Assembly (NCBI GenBank): GCA_017513085.1
Contig: JAFWDK010000029.1
Location: 96,001 to 160,000 of the forward strand
Length of the DNA: 64,000 bases
Origin: Clostridiales bacterium
GTDB lineage: Bacteria; Bacillota; Clostridia; Saccharofermentanales; Saccharofermentanaceae
Reading direction: 5' to 3'
Positions within the stretch are counted from its first letter, which is position 1. Every line of letters begins with the position of its first letter. Positions 9,039-17,173 of this stretch are shown in pieces. Below the pieces are notes generated by a model. The model saw nothing but the letters and a program-made list of their open reading frames with translations. It ran no database searches and had not been told where the DNA came from. Made by a program: the position numbers and the translations under genes.

Positions 9039-9734
9039 ATGAAATTTAAGAATATAGGTTTTCTGTTGTTTGGATTGTTATTTTTGTGTTCTTGTGGTAC
9101 TCATCAAAAGGAATCAGCGAGTTCGCTTGAACAAAACAATAGCAGTATAACAGAGCGGACACAGTGTAAAACAACTGAATCGACTCGGGAGATGAAGAAT
9201 AAAGTAGCTTCCTATGTTGTAACGTATAAAAATCTTGATGAAATTGAAACAGCATCTGACTTAGTTGTAAAAGTAACGGCTTTGGATTCTGAAGAACTGT
9301 GTTTTAATCAGCCAGATATTGATAACGGAGTCTTTCCCATGGGGTATGTATTAACATCGATTCGGATTGATGCTGTGTACAAATCTAATGACGTTGTGAA
9401 AGTGGGAGATGTGTTGAAAATCGAAGAATATTATACTACATCACTAAATCCGGAAAACAATGCAACTATTATCAATAGCTATGGTTTTTATTGCCCTATG
9501 GTCAAAGAGCATCAGTATATACTTTTTTTACAGAAACCACAGAATACAGGCGATTATGAAATCGTTCGATTTGACCTAGGGAAATATGCTATTAACGACG
9601 CTATTTCTACTTCAGATGATATTCGTAGACTCAGTTGCGAAGAATTAGAGATTTATAGTCAAGATAATCGCATTCAACGAATTCCTTCTGAATATTTTGA
9701 CATTGCTGAACAGGTTAAGAAGAAATACAATTAA
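9039..9734 (+). CDS. Lipoprotein, function unknown
   Basis: RBS AAAGGAG, lipobox LCSC, YKNLDEIETASDLVVKV pattern. Confidence 0.7.
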   Translation: MKFKNIGFLLFGLLFLCSCGTHQKESASSLEQNNSSITERTQCKTTESTREMKNKVASYVVTYKNLDEIETASDLVVKVTALDSEELCFNQPDIDNGVFPMGYVLTSIRIDAVYKSNDVVKVGDVLKIEEYYTTSLNPENNATIINSYGFYCPMVKEHQYILFLQKPQNTGDYEIVRFDLGKYAINDAISTSDDIRRLSCEELEIYSQDNRIQRIPSEYFDIAEQVKKKYN

Positions 9735-9792
9735 GTACTTGGACACATACTAAAATCAACATGTAGACTAGTGTGACATATAATAAAGATTT

Positions 9793-9847
9793 TAAAGCGC
9801 AAACTTTTGCGCTTTATTTTGCGCTTTAAAAACGCAGTTGCGTTTTT
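9793..9847. repeat. TAAAGCGCAAA / TTTTGCGCTTTA x2 repeats plus a small hairpin between cassettes 3 and 4
   Basis: Read directly. Confidence 0.6.
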
Positions 9848-9871
9848 TTCTTTTCAAAGGTACTGTAGTCA

Positions 9872-9900
9872 TGTCAGATTCTCATCGAAATGTCGTCAAT
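9872..9900 (+). promoter_or_regulatory. Putative ECF promoter TGTCAG-N16-CGTCAAT
   Basis: Variant of the shared motif with a 1-nt shorter spacer. Confidence 0.55.
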
Positions 9901-9922
9901 ATAAGTGAAGGAGGTCATCCGA

Positions 9923-10483
9923 ATGGACGATGAAGGAATAATCCGCTTATATTGGAACAGGGACGAGACCGCGATTTCCGAGACATCTACGAAATACGGG
10001 AAGTACTGTTTCTCGATCGCTTACAGTATCCTCTATAATAATGAGGATTCCGAGGAGTGTGTGAACGATGCCTACACAAAGGTGTGGAATTCGATTCCGC
10101 CGCAAAAGCCCACGGTTTTCTCTGCCTTTATCGGACGTATCGTCCGTAATCTCGCAATTGACCGGTTTAAAAGAAAGACTGCGGAGAAGCGTGGAGGTAA
10201 GAACCTGGATGCGATCTTTGAAGAGATGAATGAAATCGCATCAGATGCACCAGGCCCGGAGGATGAACTTTCCCTTCGCGAACTAGCAAATCTGATCAAT
10301 GATTTTCTTTCTGACCTTCCGGTAGAGAAACGCGTCATGCTCATCCGCCGTTACTGGTATTCGGACGATATCAAGTCAATTGCGAATCGGTTGGGTATGA
10401 GTGAGAATAACGTCTCTGTGTCTATCCGCCGTCTTCGGATGAAGCTCCGGGATTACTTGAAGTCGAGGGGATTTGCACTATGA
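9923..10483 (+). CDS. ECF sigma-70 factor (cassette 4)
   Basis: MDDEGIIRLYWNRDETAI, regions 2 and 4; RBS AAGGAGG. Confidence 0.92.
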   Translation: MDDEGIIRLYWNRDETAISETSTKYGKYCFSIAYSILYNNEDSEECVNDAYTKVWNSIPPQKPTVFSAFIGRIVRNLAIDRFKRKTAEKRGGKNLDAIFEEMNEIASDAPGPEDELSLRELANLINDFLSDLPVEKRVMLIRRYWYSDDIKSIANRLGMSENNVSVSIRRLRMKLRDYLKSRGFAL

Positions 10484-11529
10484 GAAACGAATTTCTGTTT
10501 GAAGCTTTTGGATACATAGATGATGAGTATATCGCGGAAGCAGCGGTTTATCGTAAGTCGCGAAAGTCCGCAGTGTGGGTGCGCTATGCCGGAATCGCAG
10601 CGGCGGTTCTTCTGACCGCCGGGGTATTCTACCTTGTGAAAAGAACTGTTATGCGAAGCAATACCTCCACCGAAGCAACCAGCGTAGCGGACACGGTGCA
10701 GCCGGAGACCGGGATGGAGGAGACGGTTCCAATGGCAAGTCAATATGTCGATCCGACCAAGGATTCTTCTCTTCCGGAAGAGACTATTCAGGGAGATCCC
10801 AAGAGAGCGGAAAATCCGATCTATGGGTTAGTAGTTTTTCCAGATCCTCTGCGTACAGAGATAGAAAAGACGGAGAATAAAAATACAGTATTTACAGTGA
10901 CAATACTGGTTTCCCGATTTGACTTCGTGGATCTGTATCTTTCTGAAGAATATAAGAAGTATGAATCTTCGAAGAACGCGGAGGTCATCCAGCTCTATCG
11001 AGAGGAATTCATACACTGGCTGAATGAGGTGTATATGCCTCAGTTCACCGAGCAGGAATGGGCAGCTATCGAGAAACAGGATTCAGCCGGAGATATCGAT
11101 CTGAATAGTATTTTTGTCGAAGAATGCTGGTCGAAGCAACAATCAGAAGAGACGCAGAAAGAATATGAAGAGGCCAAGAAACTGGCGGAAGAAGCGGAGA
11201 TCGTCTATGCGAACAATACCAGCACAAAACATCTGGTGGAGCTGTATGGCGAGATGGCCAAAGCGGAGGTCGAAAGAGAGATGGAACGGCTTTCAAAACT
11301 GGGTTATGAATTCGAGATCGTGCCGGATCCGAGAATTGGCGATGGTGAAGAAATCGTTGCTGATGGAGAGAATAAGTACTCGATATACAGCGGATTTGCC
11401 GTGAAGGGAAACCTTACGGGAGAACAGCTGTCCAGATTTGAATCAGAAGTAAAACAGAATGATGTGAAGCACAATTACTTTTTCATCTGGCATACGGAAA
11501 ACGGCGATGTAATGATCCCCGGCGAATGA
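10480..11529 (+). CDS. Putative anti-sigma factor (cassette 4)
   Basis: ATGA coupling, LFEAFGYIDDEYIAEA motif, TM helix. Confidence 0.72.
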   Translation: MRNEFLFEAFGYIDDEYIAEAAVYRKSRKSAVWVRYAGIAAAVLLTAGVFYLVKRTVMRSNTSTEATSVADTVQPETGMEETVPMASQYVDPTKDSSLPEETIQGDPKRAENPIYGLVVFPDPLRTEIEKTENKNTVFTVTILVSRFDFVDLYLSEEYKKYESSKNAEVIQLYREEFIHWLNEVYMPQFTEQEWAAIEKQDSAGDIDLNSIFVEECWSKQQSEETQKEYEEAKKLAEEAEIVYANNTSTKHLVELYGEMAKAEVEREMERLSKLGYEFEIVPDPRIGDGEEIVADGENKYSIYSGFAVKGNLTGEQLSRFESEVKQNDVKHNYFFIWHTENGDVMIPGE

Positions 11530-11544
11530 TGGGAGGCGAGAGAT

Positions 11545-12180
11545 ATGGAAAAGAATTCAGGCAAAACGTTGGCAGCGAAAATACTTGCGATGGTACTGAT
11601 CGTCTCGATGGCGGGTATTTTTCCTGCATGCAAAAAGAAATCGGAGATACCTACGAAAGAGGAGTTCCTGAATGAGCATATCAACGATCCGGATCCACAT
11701 GGTGTGAAGAAACTGGACTTCAACCGCGAGGACCTTATCAAGGCGTGGGGTGAACCGGACGCTGATAAGAGCCGGGGTTCTTCTTATGTTTGGAAGTGCG
11801 GGGATAAATTTATCATTGTCGGAGCTGATCCGGACGATCCGAATAAGATCGAAGAGATGTATGTGTCCTATACGCAGGAACTGGTATATCTGTTCTCGAA
11901 TGCTTCGATAATCTACGTGAGTGCGCGGCAGGACGGTGTGACGGATTATCATAACTGCATCATGGTTGAGGAGATGTATTTTGACAAGGAGACTTTGGCG
12001 TGTCTTGAGAGAGGGACGATCCTGGAGATCGAGTTTGACGGGTACTTTCTCGAAACGTATCCCGGACAGCTGAGCAGTTTGTACTCGGTCAAGGCTACAG
12101 GAAAAGTCGACGAGTCGGAAATGCCGGCGCTACGGGAACAGGAGCAGTATATACGCGAGAATTACACCGGCGAACAATGA
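11545..12180 (+). CDS. Lipoprotein, function unknown
   Basis: RBS GGGAGG, lipobox FPAC, REDLIKAWGEPD pattern. Confidence 0.7.
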   Translation: MEKNSGKTLAAKILAMVLIVSMAGIFPACKKKSEIPTKEEFLNEHINDPDPHGVKKLDFNREDLIKAWGEPDADKSRGSSYVWKCGDKFIIVGADPDDPNKIEEMYVSYTQELVYLFSNASIIYVSARQDGVTDYHNCIMVEEMYFDKETLACLERGTILEIEFDGYFLETYPGQLSSLYSVKATGKVDESEMPALREQEQYIRENYTGEQ

Positions 12181-12412
12181 TATATAACGTCCATGCATAA
12201 ATATGGCGAAAATATAATTCCAATTGGTCATCGTATTCCAATATCGGGATTCACATATATTGATTAGCGAGAGATGGAGAAGCAGCAAATAGAGTTTAAC
12301 AGCAGCAGTATTCTGAGTTCGCTCTTCTTTGTTGAGTTTTTCAACTTTGGCTTTATAGATGATGTTCAGTTCGATACAACGGAGTCGTAACCTTTTAGTA
12401 TGCTCTCTTGCC

Positions 12413-12453
12413 TGTCCTAAAATTGGGACAATACGGTCCGACAATTGTCCGAC
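12413..12453. promoter_or_regulatory. Palindrome TGTCC-N8-GGACA followed by GTCCGAC x2
   Basis: The reverse complement TGTCCCAATTTTAGGACA differs at 2 of 18 positions from 7633-7650. Confidence 0.5.
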
Positions 12454-12626
12454 TGAAAGTTTACAATTAGCCCTAAACATAGGCGTTTGGAGGCTTTCGG
12501 AGATGTATGCCTATTTGTAAACATTTTTATCATGTTTTTCCTCTTGTACAGTGTAAAATATCGTGCTATTATTCGGCTATATAGAATATATGTTCGTTTT
12601 CTAAATCTGTTACAAGGAGAGATGAA

Positions 12627-13178
12627 ATGGGAAGACATGATACGGTAGCCTGGCAGAGAATAATTGCTCTGTGCACGATATACGGAGTAGATATAAACGA
12701 TATTAAGAAGAAGTCCAAGAAGATCCTGTCTCTCTATTCGGATCTTGTTGTACTAAAAAGAGCGAAAGAAGACGAGTTTGCTTTTCTCTATCCCTGTCCA
12801 CCGCTGGACTATATGAAAGCATTGGATATTCTAGATAAACTCGATCCGAATCAAGGGAAACATGACCTTTCGATCATCATATATAACCACATAAAAGTTG
12901 AATGGTTTACGGAACTCGTGGAGGATACAATAGCGAAGCTGAGAGAGTTTCCGGATGGAGACCTGTATTCGGGTGTCATAAACCAATACTATCTGACATC
13001 TTTCGTTCAGGATGATGAGACGATCGCTCACGAACTCCGGGTCGAATACAGTCGGTTATATGATCGGAAACGAGAAGCGATGATCATGTTCGGATTGTGT
13101 CTCTGGCATTATGTTATTCCGCGTAAGCGTGATGAGATGATAAAGCTATCTGACCTTCCTTTCGCTACTATAGATTAG
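12627..13178 (+). CDS. ArpU/RinA/DUF1492-like transcriptional regulator
   Basis: C-terminal YxxVINQYYL...DETIAHEL...SRLYDRKREA...LW sigma4-like HTH; RBS AAGGAG. Confidence 0.6.
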   Translation: MGRHDTVAWQRIIALCTIYGVDINDIKKKSKKILSLYSDLVVLKRAKEDEFAFLYPCPPLDYMKALDILDKLDPNQGKHDLSIIIYNHIKVEWFTELVEDTIAKLREFPDGDLYSGVINQYYLTSFVQDDETIAHELRVEYSRLYDRKREAMIMFGLCLWHYVIPRKRDEMIKLSDLPFATID

Positions 13179-13259
13179 TCCCAGCACTTGTCCCAAAAGT
13201 TGTTCCAAAATCGGTTCATGAAACTTCCAAGTGACAGACGAAATGGACCGCCATACAAT
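13177..13259 (+). promoter_or_regulatory. Three 12-bp-period repeats followed by promoter GTGACA-17-TACAAT for the rep-mob-xis operon
   Basis: AGTCCCAGCACT/TGTCCCAAAAGT/TGTTCCAAAATC at 13177-13212; -35 at 13231, -10 at 13254. Confidence 0.55.
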
Positions 13260-13636
13260 CAAGGTGACGATAAGAAATCGGCACCACGAAGAAAGAGGAG
13301 AAGCCTCGTAACCTTGTGGTTGCGGGGCTTCTTTAGTCGGAAAGGAGTGATGAAAATAAACAATCGGAAGATGAATCTCGACATCTTCTATGAACCTTGA
13401 CAACTGAATAGCAGTTCCCTCCCCTCCATAGGAACCTTACCCGTAGTCACAGGCCGAGCGTTGAAGCGATGAACGAGCATCGTGAGCCGTCACACCCAAT
13501 GAGCGAGGTAAGAAGGATGAATAGTCCTGGGGGAAGGAGATCCGAAGAAACCCTCGTAAAGAGGGAGACTTCCTGCCCGGGAGTGGACGGTAAATACGGG
13601 CAAAGAAGAAACTATATTACAGAAAGGAAAACAACC

Positions 13637-14668
13637 ATGTACAATTCTTATGAACCTTTGGAAACAAAGACGATCGAAGATCTGATGGAAAAAGAATTCG
13701 AAGACAAGCCGCATTTGGTGGATACCCTTCTTCCGGGTGTAGGCGTGTATATTCTGGCAGGCGATCCCAAGAGTGGGAAGTCATGGCTTGCACTTGATCT
13801 GGCACTTCATATTGCTTCAGGAAAGCCAATGTGGGAACACGAAGTCTTTATGACAGAAGTGTTGTATCTGGCACTTGAGGATGGAGAGAAACGGCTGCAG
13901 GACAGAATCCTTCGAAATGGCACAGGAGCTCCACCGGGTTTCTACTATGCAACCAATGCACTGACCGTGCGGGGCGAACTTATCCGTCAGCTTTCAGATG
14001 AAATGAAAAAGCATCCTGGCATAGGCCTTGTCATAATTGACACGCTTGCTGCGGTAAAAGGCGAATCTATCGCAACAGCCAGCATATACCAGGATGATTA
14101 CAACATTATGAGAGCTCTTCACGAGTTCTCTACCAACAATAATATCACGATTCTGGTAATACACCATACCAATAAGAGCAAGTCCCCTTACCCGATGAAC
14201 AACATTTCCGGATCCAATGGAGTGACCGGTGGTGCAGATGGGAGTTTTGTTCTTGAGAAAGACAAGTTTGAAGATGAGGTAGCGAAGCTCTACTGCAGCT
14301 GTCGAGACTATGAGGATCACGTACTTACATTGAAGTTCAATAAGGAGACTTGCAAATGGGAGTGCTTGAAAGATAACTCTTCATATATGGACTCGCTGGA
14401 AAGCGATCCGGATATGCGTAAGGTCGTTGAGTACATCAAGGCGACGAAAGAGTATCGGGGCAGCGCCAGTGAATTGTCACAGAAACTGGAGATCGATAAA
14501 CCGGGCCAGATCCTAAGTGGGAAACTCAGAAGAAAGAGATTGGATCTGGAACGTGCCGGAATCCTCTTCACGAGAAACCGAAGCCGCATCGGAAGAGAAA
14601 TTACTCTCATGCTGATCACCCCAAGCGATCAGGTTCCAAATGTGGAAGGTGGTGGTGACGATGCGTGA
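13637..14668 (+). CDS. AAA_25 family ATPase / RepA-like replication helicase
   Basis: Walker A GDPKSGKS, YLALED, Walker B LVIIDTL, IHHTNK; RBS AAAGGA before ATG 13637. Confidence 0.85.
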   Translation: MYNSYEPLETKTIEDLMEKEFEDKPHLVDTLLPGVGVYILAGDPKSGKSWLALDLALHIASGKPMWEHEVFMTEVLYLALEDGEKRLQDRILRNGTGAPPGFYYATNALTVRGELIRQLSDEMKKHPGIGLVIIDTLAAVKGESIATASIYQDDYNIMRALHEFSTNNNITILVIHHTNKSKSPYPMNNISGSNGVTGGADGSFVLEKDKFEDEVAKLYCSCRDYEDHVLTLKFNKETCKWECLKDNSSYMDSLESDPDMRKVVEYIKATKEYRGSASELSQKLEIDKPGQILSGKLRRKRLDLERAGILFTRNRSRIGREITLMLITPSDQVPNVEGGGDDA

Positions 14669-14730
14669 CGATGTGACGATGAAAAATACCCACCCTCTCC
14701 AAGAAAGCGTCACAGCGTCACAAGCGTCAC
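14655..14730. repeat. Convergent iteron-like repeats GTGACG x3 / CGTCAC x3 (candidate origin)
   Basis: GTGACG at 14655, 14665, 14673; CGTCAC at 14708, 14716, 14725. Confidence 0.6.
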
Positions 14731-15269
14731 AAGTGAACGCAGAAACGAACGGTAACGCAGACACGGAAGTGGAGAAGCAAACCATTTCTTTTTCAGCCAA
14801 TCCATCCGCTCAGTGGCAAGCCACAAGAGATGTAGAAGTAGTGGAAGAGAAAAAGGCAAGCAGAGCATTCGGCATGCCACCGAACGCGGAAGAATCGGGC
14901 GGTAGCCCGAACCCACTCGAAAGACACAGTTCCACCGGGAAGAAAATCACCCGGAAAAGAAGCAAAAATCTGTCGATCCATCTCACTCCAAAGGAGAAAG
15001 ATGTTATCGTCACAGGAGCCAGGAAAGCGAAAAAGACCGTCACGGATTTCATCTTGGATTCCGTTCGAGGTGCAGAATTTATTGTGTGCGATGATCTTCA
15101 CCCGATGCTTCTGGAAGAGAAACGAATCGGAAACAACATCAATCAGATTGCAAGGAAGATCAACTCCGGCGAAGTGCAAGCTCAAAACTTCGAAGAACTT
15201 GCGAGAGAATTGAAGCTTCTGAACGCATCTCTGTATATGATCGTGAGGCGATTCTATGGCGACAGTTAA
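14661..15269 (+). CDS. mobC: MobC relaxosome accessory protein (start uncertain)
   Basis: RHH-like SIHLTPKEK...ARKA...TDFI and signature KRIGNNINQIARKIN; overlaps the relaxase start. Confidence 0.8.
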   Translation: MRDDVTMKNTHPLQESVTASQASQVNAETNGNADTEVEKQTISFSANPSAQWQATRDVEVVEEKKASRAFGMPPNAEESGGSPNPLERHSSTGKKITRKRSKNLSIHLTPKEKDVIVTGARKAKKTVTDFILDSVRGAEFIVCDDLHPMLLEEKRIGNNINQIARKINSGEVQAQNFEELARELKLLNASLYMIVRRFYGDS

Positions 15270-16623
15270 CTACATTCAAGAGAAGACTCAGTCCGCATCG
15301 GTCATGAAAAAAGTCATCGACTACTGCTCCCGGGAAGATAAAACCATCGATCAGAAGAGCGGGATCCGGTACCTTAGCGGTGTAAATTGTGATGGAACAA
15401 ATGCATACGAAGACTTCATCGCAACGAAGATGCTCCATCAGAAAATGAGCGGATTCATGTTCTATCACTACGATCAATCATTCCATCCGGATGAGGATAT
15501 TGCTCATGATAAAGCACATGAAATCGCGAAAGAGTTTGCTGAAAAAGCATGGCCGGGACACGAAGTTCTGGTCGCCACCCACTGTGATGCGAAGCATATT
15601 CACTCGCATTTTGTAGTGAACTCTGTCAGTTTCAGAGATGGAAAGAAGCTGCATCAGACACCGAACACCCTTAAAGAATTGCGGGAACTGAGTGATGAGG
15701 TCTGTCAGAAATACGGCCTATCTACCCTACCGCCGAAGCAGAAAAAGAAAGCAAAAGACATGAGTGCGCGAGAGTACAGAGCCGTGGATCGCATGATGAG
15801 CTGGAAGATGAGGCTGATTGCTGCGATCAATACGGTTATGACAAAAGTGAAAACGAAAGACGAATTTGTGAAGTTCATGAAAGACCTCGGATACGATGTC
15901 GCGTGGACGGACAGCAGAAAGTATATCACCTACACTACCCCGGATGGGTACCGGTGTAGAGATAACCGGCTGCATAAAGATAAATATTTAAAGGAGCACA
16001 TGGAATATGAATTCAGAATACGAGAAGAAATTCAACGACGCGATGAACGCGTGCATGCAGGATCTGAAGACCGCGGAAAAAGGGACAGCATTCTTTACTA
16101 TCAGCGAAGAGAACTGGAAAGCTCTCGTCCGGGTATTGAGATCACAGGCTACGCTGATAGACACGATCAGATTCACCATAAAGAATGTAGCAACGAGCGA
16201 TGTCCTGAAATGGTATCTGGAACAGACGATGAGCATCCATACGGGAAACGAGACAGCTTGGAAGGACGAACTGAAAACGCAGGCGAAATCGTGGAACGAA
16301 GAGTGGAGAACCAGAGCGATGACCTATCAGGAGGAACTGACGAAACAGGTTGGGAAGCAGAACGAGAAATTTGCTTTGGATATGGAGAAAGTAAAGCAGG
16401 AACTCCAGAACCAGATGCAGGAGAAGACAGAGAGGCTGTACCACCGGCTCCTGTTCCCGTGTCTGCTTACGACATTGTTGGCGTCAGTGCTAACCTTGCT
16501 GCAGATCTTGTAGGCATCATTGATTCTCGACCCAGGGAAGATGGGACACCCCATCCCCGACCTGTGAGAGAACGGAAGAACAAACAAAAAGACGATCGGG
16601 ATGGTCCGATCATGAGTATGTAA
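15256..16623 (+). CDS. MOBP-type relaxase
   Basis: N-terminal IDY, HYDQSF, ATHCDAKHIHSHFVVNSV (3H motif). Confidence 0.92.
   Translation: MATVNYIQEKTQSASVMKKVIDYCSREDKTIDQKSGIRYLSGVNCDGTNAYEDFIATKMLHQKMSGFMFYHYDQSFHPDEDIAHDKAHEIAKEFAEKAWPGHEVLVATHCDAKHIHSHFVVNSVSFRDGKKLHQTPNTLKELRELSDEVCQKYGLSTLPPKQKKKAKDMSAREYRAVDRMMSWKMRLIAAINTVMTKVKTKDEFVKFMKDLGYDVAWTDSRKYITYTTPDGYRCRDNRLHKDKYLKEHMEYEFRIREEIQRRDERVHAGSEDRGKRDSILYYQRRELESSRPGIEITGYADRHDQIHHKECSNERCPEMVSGTDDEHPYGKRDSLEGRTENAGEIVERRVENQSDDLSGGTDETGWEAEREICFGYGESKAGTPEPDAGEDREAVPPAPVPVSAYDIVGVSANLAADLVGIIDSRPREDGTPHPRPVRERKNKQKDDRDGPIMSM
16007..16513 (+). CDS. Overprinted MobB-like coiled-coil protein with a C-terminal TM helix
   Basis: Alternative frame inside the relaxase tail; AAGGAG 10 nt upstream; helical composition and hydrophobic C-terminus. 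Confidence 0.55.
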   Translation: MNSEYEKKFNDAMNACMQDLKTAEKGTAFFTISEENWKALVRVLRSQATLIDTIRFTIKNVATSDVLKWYLEQTMSIHTGNETAWKDELKTQAKSWNEEWRTRAMTYQEELTKQVGKQNEKFALDMEKVKQELQNQMQEKTERLYHRLLFPCLLTTLLASVLTLLQIL

Positions 16624-16640
16624 GAAAGGAGGCCGATACT

Positions 16641-16841
16641 ATGCCAAAAGAAGTACCTGTATGGGAGAAGTACGCTTTGACAATCCGGGAAGCAGCGAAG
16701 TATTTCCATATTGGAGAAACAAAGATGCGACAGATCGTGGATGAAAACAAAGATTCCGACTTTGTAGTCATGCTTGGCAACCGGGCCATGATCAAAAGAA
16801 AGTGCTTCGAAAAGTATCTTGATCAGGCAAAAGTCCTGTGA
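16641..16841 (+). CDS. xis: Tn916-type excisionase
   Basis: VPVWEKYALTIREAAKYFHIGE...GNRAMIKRKCFEKYL. Confidence 0.9.
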   Translation: MPKEVPVWEKYALTIREAAKYFHIGETKMRQIVDENKDSDFVVMLGNRAMIKRKCFEKYLDQAKVL

Positions 16842-16861
16842 GAATTGAGGATGGTTTTTTG

Positions 16862-16887
16862 AAAATAAACACCAAATAAACACCAAA
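16862..16887. repeat. Arm-type repeat (right end)
   Basis: Identical to 4571-4596. Confidence 0.85.
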
Positions 16888-16969
16888 TCGGCAAAATACG
16901 ATGATTCCCAAGAGAAAAAACAAAGAAATGAAAAACCCCGAAACCTTTGCGGTATCGGGGTTTTCTTTC

Positions 16970-17045
16970 TGGAGCCGATTGCGAGACTCGAACTCGCGAC
17001 CTGCTGATTACAAATCAGCTGCTCTACCAACTGAGCTAAGTCGGC
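16970..17045 (-). tRNA. tRNA-Thr(TGT)
   Basis: GCCGACTTAGCTCAGTTGGTAGAGCAGCTGATTTGTAATCAGCAGGTCGCGAGTTCGAGTCTCGCAATCGGCTCCA; cloverleaf, anticodon TGT, encoded CCA. Confidence 0.97.
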
Positions 17046-17077
17046 ATATCGCCTGCGCTTTTTGTAGCGCAAGAGAT

Positions 17078-17106
17078 ATTTTAAGATGTGGGGGTAGGTT
17101 TGTCAA
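17078..17106 (-). promoter_or_regulatory. Sigma-A promoter of tRNA-Thr
   Basis: TTGACA-17-TAAAAT on the minus strand. Confidence 0.75.
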
Positions 17107-17120
17107 GCCTTTTTTTGAAA

Positions 17121-17160
17121 TTCTGTGTGATCCTGAAATTGCATGCAGGATCACACAGAA
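17121..17160 (-). terminator. Intrinsic terminator after the anti-sigma gene
   Basis: TTCTGTGTGATCCTG/CAGGATCACACAGAA perfect 15-bp stem. Confidence 0.7.
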
Positions 17161-17173
17161 GATTGCGTCGGTA

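Larger units (their letters stand above)
4411..17015. mobile_element. Integrative mobilizable element (about 12.6 kb) integrated at tRNA-Thr
   Basis: 46-bp terminal direct repeats, identical 26-bp arm repeats inside both ends, integrase, Xis, relaxase, MobC, AAA Rep; no T4SS genes. Confidence 0.9.

Noticed and set aside
7550-12430. Classical integron (intI/attI/attC)
   Set aside because: No shared attC-like site between cassettes, the cassettes have their own promoters, and the integrase has an arm-binding N-terminus typical of ICE/phage integrases
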